From Oopsacas minuta (taxonomy: Eukaryota > Animalia > Porifera): DNA of 64,000 nucleotides. The stretch spans positions 189,266-253,265 of the forward strand of contig JAKMXF010000303.1 in NCBI GenBank assembly GCA_024704765.1. Direction: 5' to 3'. Each line of letters opens with the position of its first letter. Positions within the stretch are counted from its first letter, which is position 1. The notes below the pieces were generated by a model that ran no database searches, was not told the DNA's origin, and saw only the letters and a program-made list of their open reading frames with translations. Positions 36,025-51,000 of the stretch are shown in pieces. The position numbers were made by a program, and so were the translations under genes.

Positions 36025-39000
36025 ATGTCAAAAATTTGTCAAGACTTAAATTGTAAATTTTTTGAGGACTTTCCTGATAGAAAGAATTTCATAATATCAA
36101 TATGTCCGTATTGTAAAGGACCTCTGATTGATAACAAGCCTCAATCAGTTGAGGAAAAGACAGATTTAGAGAGTGAAGTAGAAGTACCACAACCTTCATT
36201 TGATACTCAAGAAGATGATGCTATAATGGTTGATAGCAGTATTGTAAACATCCACAAAACTCCTACACAACGTGGCTCTTACATTTCAACTGATCATGTA
36301 ATTGTTATATTTCACAGTGCTATCCTGTTAAGTCATTTCAAAGAATATTCTTCTTCTATATCACTCCAATTTAAACGCTCTTTCTTCGGTGATAATGAAA
36401 AAGATTCTATACTACAGTTCCCAAACTTTAACCTCGGAAATTATGAAGGTAGTACTTATGCTTTATTCGAAAATAGTATAAAAATTAATTTGGATATTCT
36501 TCATAGTGTCCATGAAACTAAAACAATGATTCTTCCTTACAAATATTTTTTGAATGATCAGGAAGAGAAATTCTTTTCAGATAAAGAAGTTACTTACAGA
36601 ACTTTACTATTAAATTGTTATAATTTCAGACTACCCAATGTGATTATGAAATATGACATGATTATTTCACCACCAAACCTACACAAAGATCAACAGAAAG
36701 ATCTCCAGACATTGAGTAGAATAACATTCCATCTCTACACTCCCGTAACCACGTTTTTGAAGGTGATAAATTATTGCTTGGGTTTGATGCAATCCAAAAT
36801 GACGTAGAAACTGTCTTACATAATCTATGTAATGTTTATATGATTTCTAAAAGACCCAAACTTACCTTTTTTAAGAAGAAAGTCTATTCTCCTGTATTTG
36901 AGACAGAACAAGTGGAGAAGATTATGCAAGAGTTCTTGTTGGGATGGATAGACTCAGTTATACATTTAGATTGCCCTTTTCACTTAAAGTTTTATCTTTC
37001 ATTCTTAACTGTAAACATGAATCTAATGGAAAGTTGTTCAAGTCAAATATATTTCAAAGTGTTCCAAAATATGACTAGCGAGTTTGTATTGTCGATAATC
37101 AAGGATAAATCTAATTTGGAAATGTTCCTAAAGTATCAATCTGATATTTCAAAATCTCCCCAGCTGTTGTATAGTGCTATGCAAGAAGTCAGTAGAATTG
37201 ATATTGATAACTTTATACTATTCCTTCCTCTCTACCACGTGTTGTTCAACTCAAAACACAGTTTTAACGAAGCACACACTGCACACGATTTCTTGAATAT
37301 GTCATACTGGGGTCTACCACCTGACATCCTATTCACACATAATCATACAATTGAATTACCAATAATTGTAAACACACTGAGTCAATACAATAGCTTAGGT
37401 CCCATTCTTCCATACTCTATAACATTGCTATGTTTGAAACTTGAAATATTTTCACAACTAATGGAAATACTCGCTATTCCTTTCTTACCATTCATCGCTG
37501 TACTACTGTATCGTATAGACAGATGGAATTTAATGGAGCAAGATAGAGAGTTACGTGAAAGAGTTTATGAAACTTTCTTAGCTCAATCTGAACTGAATCC
37601 CAATCTATTGAATGATTCACACATATGTCAAGCTAGTGACGTCATATATAAAATGTTACAGTTAATCAATGACAGTCAAAGTCTGTCTAAAAAAATCATC
37701 ATTACTTACAACGAAGCTGATCTCCTGCTACAAGTTCTCGCTAAATTATTACTTCTATACCATGGACATGAGAACTTATTAGCAAGTCAAAAGATATTTA
37801 ATTTGATTCCTTCTTCTGATCTTCTTGACTCAATCACGAGATGTGTTGATGATGACAAAATGAATCAAAAACCTGAATGTGGGACTGATTGTCTTCATGA
37901 AGTTCTTATTTGGAATACATTTCTCTGTATTCAATTTCCTTCTTCCTACAGATGGGTTCAGTCTGTTAGTAAGACATTTTCTATACGACTCGAAAGTCAT
38001 ACTTTAGCATGTTTGTTGAATTTATTCTTAAATATATGTAGCATGAAGGATATATCACCATTGCCATCTCTTTTCCAAACATTTCGTCAAGAATTAATTA
38101 GAATTGTTGAAAAATCACAAAGACGTTTACTAGATGAACATTCCATATTCCAGAATCTTGTTAAAGTGACAGCTGACATGTTTACTGAGGTAATTGATGT
38201 ATTTGCTTTTATAATATTGCTGCATGAATCTGCTATTACTGGAGCAGATCCAGTAGAACATATTCTCTCTTTGTCATGGTTGCCTATTCTTTTAAAACAT
38301 TGTGAGTCTAAAATGTTGAAATCATCGAATTATCCAAAATCTAGTGATCTCTTCAATAAATGTATTGAAGTATTGCGTGTTCTCACCACAGAATTCTATC
38401 TCCTTACTATTCAAGTTAATCACATGAGTATTGTTCTACAATCAAATTCCATTTATTTCTCTATTTTACAAAATCTCCCTGAAATTATTCCAGTAACTGC
38501 TAACGAATTATCCCAGGAAGATTTCTTCAATCAAGCTGTTACGTTTCGTGCAAATATGTCCAATTATTTTCTTCGTCAACACAAGTTTATCGCAGTTTTC
38601 AAGAAACTTCTAGATTCGACAAACAGTGGAGTTTATTCAAAGGAAATTAATAATTTCTTAGCAATTGACTTTAGCAAGAAACCAATTTCTGATCTCTGTA
38701 GATCAGTTTCAGGGGATCAAGAATTTATACTGAATCCGGATAATCCGTCTCTTAATGTATTTAACAATAGATTAATTAGAATAATGCTGAGTACTTTACC
38801 TGACTTTCTTAAATCTCAATTTTTCAAAGTTCAATTCGAACATTTCTTAAATATATATCTTGAAGAAACAAATAATATCAAAGAAATTGATTTGAATACT
38901 ATTCATTCTATACTCTTTTTTCCAACATTCACTATTGTGTCTGATACAATATCTGACCTCTTTGATTTGACAATTCTACTTACTACAATTGACAAACATT

Positions 39001-42000
39001 TCTCTTGTTATGCTGATGGTCCAGAATTAATGAACACTTTTACACATGAGATAAAACATATTGTGACTGCTGTCGAAAGAGTTACTGGTAAATCATACAA
39101 GCTTTCCCTGAATGAAACTATGGGAAAAGTTAGTTGTTATTTTACTCTTCATCGTGCAGAAAATATAGCGATCAGCATCCTGAAGGTCAGAAAGGCTTAT
39201 CATTTTACAGAAAAATTCACGAATACAGAATTCGTATCTAATTTGAAAGAATTGAATGTGGATAACACACAATTGAGTCAAATTACTCCTGAACTTCGAG
39301 AGACGACAGAAATTCTAAATAACCTAACACCTGTACATAAACAGATTCTCCAAACTTTACTAAATTGTGTAGATCTCTTCACATGGACAGCTGGAATAGT
39401 AGAGAAGTCATCTGAACTAGACAACTTTATTGATCTAGCTTTGAATTCTGTAGAAAGCACTTCTACTCAGGTGAATCGTATTACCTGCTACAAGTCTGTT
39501 TGCACCATTTTCATGCCATTTATATTTGACCTTCAAAACGTTGATGAAATGTATTTTCTAAAGAAATTATCAATAGTTCATGAAAATATCGAATCTAGAG
39601 ATGATACAGTCGCTCATTTGTTAAAAATGAGTAGTGATTGTGCAAGAGAAAGTGAACTTGAATTTTGGAAAGAATTACAGTTATCTCATAAATTAATGGG
39701 AGGTAAAACTATTTCCAAGCTCAAGCAAATTATGCAGTGTGGTAAGTTTGTATTAACTACCAACACAAACACACATACAGTAGATGATATACTGAAACTG
39801 TATATTAGAGGGAATGAGTTATCTACCACAGATAACCACTCTCCATGGTACAACTTTAATGCATTGAGAGAGATGCAGAGTGACATAATTCTAATCACCC
39901 CCCTGATGCATGAGGATAAAGATAGTGTTAAGTTTGTAGCTCAATTTGAAGAGATTGTAACCCTAACAAATCTAATCCTTAAGCTAAACTGCAGTGGAAA
40001 TATCTTTTTTATGAATCTATTTTTAGAATACACATGTAATTCTATTGATGTTATCAAAAACGATATTTCTTATTTAACAGAATTGTACTTAAAGTGGAGT
40101 ACTCAATTCCTACAAGCACGGAAAGATAACTATTTGTTAAACCATTTTACTGACTCTCAAATCCTCAAAATACAAATTGGCTTAGATGGCTTGAATAGAC
40201 AGAAAGATTTGGATCGAGACACTATTCATCTTTTGACCTTAATTCGTGAAGAATTATCACATAAAGATATAATAGTAGCTTTAGATAAGATTAAACGAGG
40301 TGCTTGTACTTATACGAGTCCTACACACAATAATGATTCATTTCAATTTCCTGCTGAAGATGTGAACTATACTTCTTCCATAGTTTATGTTCCGATGAGT
40401 TGTCAGTGGATCCTTCTCAATCTGAAGAAGAACAAGTTCAAACATTTTCCATTCGAAATCTTTATGAGAGTAGAAATAAGAATATTCTATCATTAGATTC
40501 TATCGGAGCTTTCTTGGATAATATTTATTCACAAAATACGATAAAAGATAGACCATATCCAAAATATTTAAAAGTAAGTGAGCCTAATCTAATAGTAATC
40601 GATAATTCAGAACTTATTTATGCTATTCTATCTCTCTATTATAATATTGACATAGAAGTAGTTATGCCATTACCTCATGAGGTGTTGATTTGTTCTGAGC
40701 AGACTACATTTGAAGAGATAGACATATTTTGGAGAAGATCTCTAATGGCACCGTCATGTTCTGATATATTCTGTTTAGCTTTTATTGAGAACTTGAAGTA
40801 CGATATCGCTGTTAGGAGTGTTACTTCTCTCAAAAACTATCTCAATTTTATTGAGAAAACTCAATTCTTACAATTAGTATTATTGTGTTCTTCAGAATCT
40901 GAAAATTCTAGTTACATGGCTACTGCTCTAGTTAAATTTAAGAGAACTTCTCCACAACTAATTCCTGATCAGGATTTGAAAGAGTTTATATTTAAGAGAA
41001 CGTCTCATATTCGTAATTCCACAAACGTCTGTCCATATATTCCTTTGAAATCATGTTCTATTATTGATCCAGATAAGAGCTGTGTTAGAATAGTTTCTTC
41101 AAATAATGTAGGATCTGGGAAATCTCTCACTGTATCACGACTAGTTAGTAAATTCATTGCATTAACTCATGTCGCTAATCCTAATAGTGTGTGTACTGTT
41201 GTTACTATTTCTGAGAGTGAAGACTGTGAACATAAAGCAGCTACCAAACTGATTGGATCTCCGTTATCTTCTGGTGACTATGGCCGGATTTGTCATTTCG
41301 ACATTACTGCCACATCATGTGAGCATCTGATCCCATTTCTATTTAAGCTTCTCATTACAGGAATGTTATGTGATAAAAATGGCAGAATTTGGCGTTGTAG
41401 CAAAAGAAATTATTTAGTTCTTGAAATCACCCTCTCTTCTCAATCACCTGAAATTCTGCGTTTCCTATCTCTATTTCCTGACTGGAAATGCCTAGAACCC
41501 AATGAAGTAATAGATTATATGAAGTTACATAATGCTCTACCCAGCAATTGTCAGATTAGTCTTATTGATGAGGAAGAAGTACAATCTCCAGAATACCAAA
41601 GAATTTATGCTTATTTTCGCAAACTTGAAACTAAAGGTTCACGAAATTTTGACGAATTTACATACAAACCTAGTATTCCTCTCGTGACTAATTGGAATTG
41701 GAAAATCAAATTAGATATATTAACTCTGTTTATGAAGTATTATTCACTTCCAATGCTTCTTGGAGCGAATTGAAACATTTTATTTTATTTCTTAATAATC
41801 AGCTTACAGCTTGTGAGCATAAAGACTATTCTGTCAAATTTTCTATCAAACTTGATCCTGAGTGGAGAGGATTCTATAATTTCTTAGTTGAGGGTATGAT
41901 CTTGATGGCAAGAGATTTCACTACACCTCACTAAAGAATAATCTAGAAGGACATTCCGCTGACGTAATTGAAGGATACTGCATTGATCAACGGAGAAAAT

Positions 42001-45000
42001 GGGAACAGAAAATCCATCCTTATATTTTCTTCAATGAAGATAGGGAATCTATGACGTTTTTCGGCATTCACATAACAGAGACAAGGATCAGTTAGAAAGG
42101 AGTACAATAGAGGAAAAGCAGTTTATTGGAAAGAAAGGAATTTCCAAACTACTTTTTGATAAACTCAAACGTAATGAATTTTCATTTGACATTTATAGTT
42201 GGGAAAGAAGCAAGATGATTTCTATTCTAGCTAGCGTCATGGGAATCCGTACTCTTCCTGGTCCAGACTTTGATGAATACTATGTTCTAACAATTGACAA
42301 TCTAAAGAAGATGCTAGCTATTCATATGAGATTCCGTTCTAACATTCCTGTAATTATTATGGGAGAGACTGGTTGTGGGAAAACACGATTGATAAATTTC
42401 ATGTGCAAACTCCAAGCAAACAGTCTGAATATTGAAAATATGATAGTTCTGAAGATCCATGGTGAGAGTACCAAACAGGATATCATCACAGCTTATAACA
42501 AAGCATTGAAACTTGCTACGGAGAATGTGCGTCATAATGTCGATACAATTCTATTTTTCGATGAAGCTAATACAAGCCCTACAATTAGTCTGATTAAAGA
42601 GATACTATGTGATAGAAGAATTGATGGCGATGCTATCCCAACAGATCTCCGTCTCCAATTCATCGCTGCTTGCAATCCATACAGGAGACATAGTGAAGAG
42701 ATGATAACTAAGCTTGTTTCAGCTGGACTAGGAATGATTAGAAACAGAACTGAAACAAGAGAACATTTTGGAGATATTCCATTACGAGATCTGGTGTATA
42801 GAGTCATTCCTCTGCCTAAAAGTTTGCTCCCGTTAGTGTGGGACTTTGGAAAGTTGAGTTCTGAAACTGAGGTTTGGTATATTCGTGGCATTATCCATGT
42901 CCATATAAATATTGATAATTACCGTGATTTGGTTGAGTTTTGTGATGCAATATCCATAGCTCTATCAGCTGTACAGTCGTATATGAGAGAGAGGAAAGAT
43001 GAATCTAGTTTTGTTAGTTTGAGAGATGTTGAACGGGCAGTTTATGTTATGCTATGGTTTTATAAGTTAATACCTAAGTTACGGTTAGATACATCTGGTA
43101 TGTCGCTTGTGACATATAGTCTTGTGTTAGCTATAGCAATCTGTTATAGAGCAAAGCTTCGAGATAGAGCAAAGTTTGATTCATACCTAACTTCAAATTT
43201 GGTTGGCCCTCTAAACGCCTTCCTTGATTCTTCTGTTATTCAAAACAAAATAAGTGAGTGTCAGAAACGCATAGTTGGCATAATGCAAATAGAAGATCAC
43301 ATAGCAAGGAACTCTAATCTTTGCGAGAATCTCTTTATGATGTTTGTTTGCATTCAAATAAAAATTCCATTATTTATAATTGGTAAGCCAGGTAGCTCTA
43401 AATCTCTGGCAAGATCTATTATACATCATTCTATAAATGAGGGTCTGTATGTAAAAGGCAATAAGATTACAGATTATGATCATGTCTATATGCAAGGTTA
43501 CCAATGTAGTCAGTACACCACGTCTGCAGAACTATTACAAGTATTCTCTAGATGTCAAACAATACAGAATCAGTCTGCAACTAATTCAGTTGCATGTGTT
43601 GTATTGGATGAAGTAGGACTAGCTGAGGATTCTCCTAATCTACCTCTTAAAGTACTCCACTCTCTCCTAGAAGATTCTGAGTTTGCTCAGAAGGATCCAA
43701 ACGTTGCCTTTATCGGTTTGTCCAATTGGGCTCTTGATCCTGCTAAAATGAATCGAGGAATTATGGTACAATTAGAAGATCCCTCTAATAAAGAACTGGT
43801 AGATACTGCTCATGCAATTATCCGATCTTCTGATGAGAAAGATATAATTCATTCAACTAAGCTAACACCCTATCTCAGATGTTTGGCTAATGGATATTTA
43901 GAGTTATTCAGGAAACAATCTCACTACAGAAAGGAGGATTACTTCGGGTTACGTGACTTTTATTGTCTCATTAAGATGCTATATAGTTTATGCAAACAGT
44001 ACAACACTGAACTCAACCAGCGTATCATGTTACATGCTGTTAAGAGAAATTTTGGAGGATTGACTGACATTGATGTTGTCGAGACTTTCAGTAGATCACT
44101 TACTGGTCTAATTGATGATCCTATAGGTCCTTTATCTGATCCTTTATCTCTGATACGATTTAATATCAAGAGAGGAGGAATGTCTGAATTATCCGGTGAA
44201 TATTCTAATATCTCTCAAAGTGAAGAATCTACCTACGATAGATCAAGATATCTTCTTCTCTTGACAGAGAATTTTATTGCATTAGACATTCTTTTCCAAT
44301 TTAAAATTGTGGATGAAAATACTAAAGTAATGTTTGGTAGTAGTTTCCCGCATGACAAGGAGAGCTTCAATATTTGTCACAATATCTCTCGTATCAAGAT
44401 TCATATGGAAACAGGTGAAATGGTTGTATTGACTAACTTATCGAATTTGTATGAAAGTCTTTATGAAGTATTAAACCAATCTTATGTGAATATTCTCGGG
44501 AAAGACTGGGTAACTATTGGGATCGGATCTCAGAGGGTTGATTGCCCAGTAGATCCTAAATTTCGTCTCATAGTGATTGCGGATAAATCTACAGTTTTCA
44601 ATCAATTCCCTCCTCCCTTGATTAACAGATTGGAGAAACACATACTGACCATTTCAACAATACTGTCTCATGATACAGTTATTCAGGGAGTTGTTGATAA
44701 GCTATCTTATTGGATTAACGATTTTACTACAATTGATTTTGAAGGGAAAATTATCAGATATAATAAGAATGAATGTTTCATTGGTTTACAAGATGATACT
44801 CCTTCTTTTATCGTTTACTCTATGAAGAGTAAGTTAGGATTAAATAGTATTGAAGCTGAGAATGTAGATATGCTATTCAAGCAGTGTAAGATAGAATTAT
44901 TGAAGTTAGCTTCACCAGATTCTATTCTTAGATTACAAAAGTCTAGATTGAGTTCTGAATCTGAAAACATTTCAAAGGATTATTTTGATCTCAAACTATT

Positions 45001-48000
45001 TAGTTTAGTTGATTATTTACAATATTTAACGAGTAATCATAAGTCTGTACCTGTACCTCACATGCCTTACCTTTCTTTTGTTACCACTCGTTCTTCCTTG
45101 TTAACAGAGATTGATATTTCTGAGTTCATTAATAGTTTAAAACAACTTTTTGGTTCTGAAAAACTATTCAATGTAACTAATTTGTATTTAAGTCAATTCA
45201 ACACTGAGAAAGAATTCGAGTCTCTCATTCACGATACACTAGCTTCTGTTCCTGTTGATACAGATGAGATAAATTTTCTTCTGATACAGTGTGAAGATGG
45301 TTATTCTCATTCTGATCTTATTTCTTGTGCAAGATTCAAATTGGTGGAAATTGTTAATGAATTGAACTCAATACTGAATCCAAATTTCTATATTCTATTC
45401 ATTGTAAGATTGCAGTCAGTAAATCAAGATTCTAATTTGGTTGGATATTGCGGTGTATCTTGGGACAGTGTCCACATTGATGAGTTGAGACCGTCTCACC
45501 TTTACTTGATGCCTACTTTAGATGAAATTGTGAATTTCTCAGTAGCTGATATATTTAATTATATATTTCCGGTATGATACTACATAATTATTACGTTATT
45601 ATTTGGATGAATATTGTACATTACTATTTTCTAGATTTCTCCTCCAGATATGAATACATATAGGAGAATGAGGTTGCTCAGATCCATTCAGTCAGCTGTT
45701 TCGAGATTAATTGATCCATCTCAATCTACTGACAAAAGGCGTGCTACGAGAGTTGAGTTATTATCTCAGATTCTGTCCAGTCATGCATATTCAGGTGCGT
45801 TACTACTAATACCTATAGATACAATAACTGAATATAACGATTGTTAACCGGCTAACCGAATCTAGCCCTGCCGCGCTCATTACTTAGTTTGAGTTCAGTT
45901 CTGTCACATAAACTGTTTTATTCCTCTTATATGCCAACTCCCCATTTTAACGTAGCGCACCTAGATAAAGGCCCAATAGATAATATACTGACCATGATAT
46001 CCCTATGTTGCTGGCTCTATTGTAACTTATGTCTGTATTTGATTTTAATACTGTGTGACACTCTCAGCAATTTTGTATTACTTATATAATTGTTATCGCT
46101 ATCACTAAAATACATAAATCTTCTTCATTTCTTCTTAATCTGTTTCCTCTGATTTAAGATTGAATATTTCATTATATTTATACTCTGCTAACCTTATCCC
46201 TGTATTGTTGTCAATTTTATTTTCATAGTCTGAATATATAAAGAGTAATGTATAATGTGATACTTTACATATAATTTTCCTTTTCCAATAGAAATAGGTG
46301 ATATGTTGTGCGACAAGATCTCTAATCTACTAAAACAGATTACAATGGCAGAATACAGTAAAGATTGGTTTTTCTTGTCAGTTCTTAGATATGGTAACCA
46401 ATCTACCTATCCTACCGTCATGCAGTGTCTCTCCCACTATATTGATGTTGCTATTGAGCCTATACTAGGAGGGATATTGGGGATTATTGATACGTACCAA
46501 AATCTAAGTTTACTCTTCTTAGAAAAAGAACAACAGATAAAAAAATTTTGGAAATTACTTTTTCAAGATGATAGCTTGCTTCAACTCAGCACTTTAATTG
46601 GTCCATCAATTCTTAAATCTTCAGAATCTTACTTGAATCACTCGCTAGGCATTCCAGCTTTTAATTCTAGGTTTCCATTTTTCTTCCAAGTTTACCATCA
46701 AGTTAGTAATCTCTATAACGAGTTAGTTAAGAATATTGGTGAGTTTCTGAACTTTATATACACGTATGTATGATATACAATTATGACGAATCTCTCTATT
46801 TATATATTTAGGTGAGAATGAGACTTGGAGACGATTTGATGTGTTTTTTGAGGAGACAACTATTGGCGAAGTCGTCAAGTCAATAAACAATGAAAATGGG
46901 CCGAAACCATTCTCTGTTAATTATAGATATTTAGATGACTTCATTAAAGTTAAGATATCGAACCATTATTCTCGTCACTTGTTTAAGGTATTCTGTCTAT
47001 CTACCAATATTTGTTGTTTGTTTGTTTGTTTGTTTGTCCGTTGTGAAGGAAAGGATAATTTGTGTCTAATACTAACATCACAGTTCACGGAGACCATCTT
47101 TCCCACAAATATGTTTTGACGTTGATGCACTAATTATATTCTCATCCCTTTAGGTGATCTATGTAATGCTAGCAGTAGCTACATCTAAGTATAGAAGTGA
47201 AATAAAGGAAGAAGAATGTATTCTCTCACAATCTGACATACCTAAAGTTTCCATTCCTCTTATTCATATTGCTTACGAGATAATCAGGGAAAGAATAGCA
47301 TTTGTTAAAGAGGCATTTTCTTTAGGATTCTCTCTTCCTCAAAATAGCTTAATTCATTTTGATAACTCACTCTGGAATCCTAAAACATACAGATTGATTA
47401 ATATTGACTTTGAATTGTTTGAAGCTATAATTGAGGATTGCTGGGAAAGAGTACTTGCTATTTCAAAAAATCCTGCTGCTTCAAGTGAACTCATCAACTT
47501 GGTGAAGAGATCTAGACGATTGATCGAAGAGAATCAGTTTCTCTTTTACAAAGATTTCAGGAAAGAAATTGTTCTGTTAAGGTATTTTAGTGCAGCTCTT
47601 ATAGTGATATATCCGAATGGTATGGACAGCTTGCTACGTATGTACATCTGCCCCCTTATGTCCAGCCATGCTGAATCTAGCTGTCCGATTAACACCACAA
47701 TTTGCATATTACCGTGTATGCTACTTTTGTTTAGATTTTCAAATATCTGGTATACGTCACCCGTTAGCCAGAGTTTCCGTATGGGTGGGATGGGAATAGA
47801 AATAGTATTTTTCCTTTGTGAATTCTGTAACAAATCTTATGGAAAATCCTGTGGAAATCATGCATACTTACCAATACAGAGGACTATGTTCATACTATTG
47901 CATACTATCTGATAACTAAACTACACATAACGACATCAATGTTCATTTAGACACAAATGGCATGCTGTTGATACTATTGTATTATTTGCTACTAACTTTA

Positions 48001-51000
48001 TGGAGAACAAAGAATTGCAAGAAATGCTCAATTCACAAAATCTGATGGGACACTCCTTAACTACACTACAAAATGTTAGGTTTATTTATATTTTTATTAT
48101 TATTCTTATTAATATTATCAGATTTGTGAGGTTTTCGTTCATACATTTAATCTTCATAATTTTTGTATCATGTTGTATTCGTATACCAAAATTCAAATTT
48201 GTATTCATCACTGGAGATATTTAGAAATTTGAAAATATTCCTGCAGTTACTGATGTCTATTTTAGATTGCATCTGAAGGGAATGAGCTCTTTTCTACTAA
48301 AACAATTGATGGTGTTTTGGTTCTGCTAGGAAATATGAATAAACAAGCTTGGTAATATAATCATTTGTATTTATGTACTAATTCCTGAACAGTTTAGGGT
48401 CATTTATTGTGAACCCACTAAAACCTGGATATGAAGTTAGCAGCACGTTTAGCAGCGAAAAGCGAGCACCACTTTGACTCTCATAACTTCATATCCCCTC
48501 CACAAATTATCCTGACATTTCATTCACATCATCTATATCTCGAGTGTAGCTTTCATCATTATTATTATTGTTAATACTTAGCACTAAAAACCACTAAATT
48601 TTATGAACATGATCTGTTTGTTTCATTGGTACTACAGACCATGTTCATAAAACTTAGTTTATTCGTATTATCAGTTGCTGAAATAATTCCAGTAGACTCC
48701 ACTTAACAGAGTTACTGGCTAGGTTCGATCACCAGTAAATCAGGCATTAAACCATGTAAAGAGTGTTATAGCAAGCAATTACCTTCACTCCGCTTAATCG
48801 GATCAAACTGTCCTTGTCTCGTAGTTACCCTATTACGCAGAGTCTACTGTATTCAGGAAACCATTATTTTTACTTAATAGGAAGAAGCATACTAAAGATC
48901 ATGACATGATTACTATAGGGATACCTTCAACTTGCAATAGCGATAAGTAAGTTAAGTTATTCTATTAACCAGCTGCTTTGATTGCTTTCCCTGCGCGCTT
49001 CCGTCTTCTGATGACCTTTATTCTTAGATAATCAATTTTGATTATCTTTTATCTTCCGAAAATACGGAAAACTTTGAGAGCCAAATGTATATATACACCT
49101 TAATGCCATGTAAATAAATTTCACGTTTCTCATCCGGAATTTCTTCGGAAACTGGGACAGTGGGCGCTATTTTATTTATATTTTTTATAGGCAGTTAATG
49201 TGTAAAACAATTTGACCCTTCAATTGTCATCACATTCTGTCTGGGCATAAAAATATTGAATTTTTCAACTATACAATTAGTAAAATGTGGATTGCACAAT
49301 CTGTGACAAAAGAATTATCCTTAAATTTGGAGAAAATACAAATACAAATCTCGAATCACCGTCTGTGTCTACCAAAATTTACCAAATGTATTTTAGTGGA
49401 TTATTGAAACTGTACTATTCTACAAAGATAAAAATGAATTTTACTGATCTTGTTAGACATTTAAAATGTTATAATCTAATTATACGTCCCTGTTTACCCC
49501 TATTTAACGAGTGGAAGCTAATCTCTTCGACAATTTGAAATGTTCACCAAAAGGTGTGAAAATATGATTATTCATATAATAAATCAGTGTATATCTATTA
49601 TATAATTTGTTGATGGTTTTTTTGTTTTTTGTTCGGAATTGATTTAGGGACTGGCAAGAGCTACAAACTTGAATTTTGGCAGGTGTGTGGAATGTGATAA
49701 ATCTAGGAACATCTTCTAAGATCTAAGCGAAATCTCCAAAACTCTCTGAGATAGGTGTCAAAATGTATTGACCTATCAGATTCCAGGGTTTACCAATTGT
49801 GGTAATCATATGATAGAGGCTCTAACCCAGTCTAATTAGGATACAATAGTTCCAATTGCACAACATTTTTCAAATACCAAATTGTTAAACCTGTAGCTAG
49901 GTTATGTAACCCATTACATTGAAGACTCTATTGCATATTGAATATCTTGCGCAATTACATTGTTAGATTATACAAATATGTAACTATGTTTGTTAATGTT
50001 TATATGAAGTGACCAATAAAATTACAAACTTTATTATTAATCACATTAAGTGTATAAATATAGAATTCTAAATATTCTGAATAATTAGAAAACTTAAATT
50101 TGCAAATTGGCACAAATTGACACATTTTACCTTCTTAGAGATTACAAAGCCGAATCGAAAGGTAAACTAGAAATAATCTCCTTAATTCTGCGCGTTCTTA
50201 TCCTGCGTCGGAAATTCTCGATAATGTAACCAATGAACACTCAGCAGACCTCATGAATTTTCCTGTTCCCATTGTGGGGCCAATTTGGGAGAACGAGAAA
50301 CTCTCCAGTAGCACTAAAAGTGTTATGATTAATTTGTGGTCATTGTAATGCTTAAATGAGAAATGTAAATGGTTGATATGCATATGTTCAATAATAAATA
50401 TTAAAAAATACAGTGGACACCCGCGAACACAAAGTGTTCGCTTGCCGAGCAATGCAAGTAAGCGTAGCTTGCTTGTATATTTAATAGAATGTATTGAGTA
50501 ATAGAATTGCAGTCTACAATCAATACAAATACATTATAATGCTAATTAAATTAATAATTTATGCATTTATGCCTAATAAGTTTCAAAAATCTACAAAAAT
50601 TTATTTGGTAAAATTTAATTCGGCTCAGACGGAGATTTGGAAATTTTTTTTCAAGAATTGATCGAGGAATTTAATTGAAATGCCAATGGTATAAGTATGT
50701 AACTATTTTTCTTATTGTGTATTAATTGACTAATCTAATTTAACTACTACTAGCGCTGCGGGCAAGCGAAGCGCGCTAGTAGTAGTTAGATTTAGTAGTA
50801 CAGGGAGTCCGGGAGTGCGACATTTGTGTACGAAGCTAGTGCGACATTTGTGTACAGTTCTGTATAAAATTATATGTAAATCAAATTTTGAGCATATCAG
50901 GTTGTAATAACAATCTAAGTACCTAATCGAAAGTTTTGCATATCATTATGGACTACTTGTCTATCCGATGGAATCATTTTTGAAAAATAAATGGGTTCCT

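Noticed and set aside
36700-42080. Programmed -1 ribosomal frameshifting as the explanation for the RNF213 breaks
   Set aside because: No slippery heptamers or obvious downstream pseudoknots at the junctions, and five serial events would give negligible full-length yield; artefact or decay is far more parsimonious.
48690-48849. CAGTAGACTC...GAGTCTACTG MITE-like pair (related sequence near 63756-63870)
   Set aside because: Only 10 bp of clean TIR and left flank is TC, not TA; likely an old MITE but not well supported.
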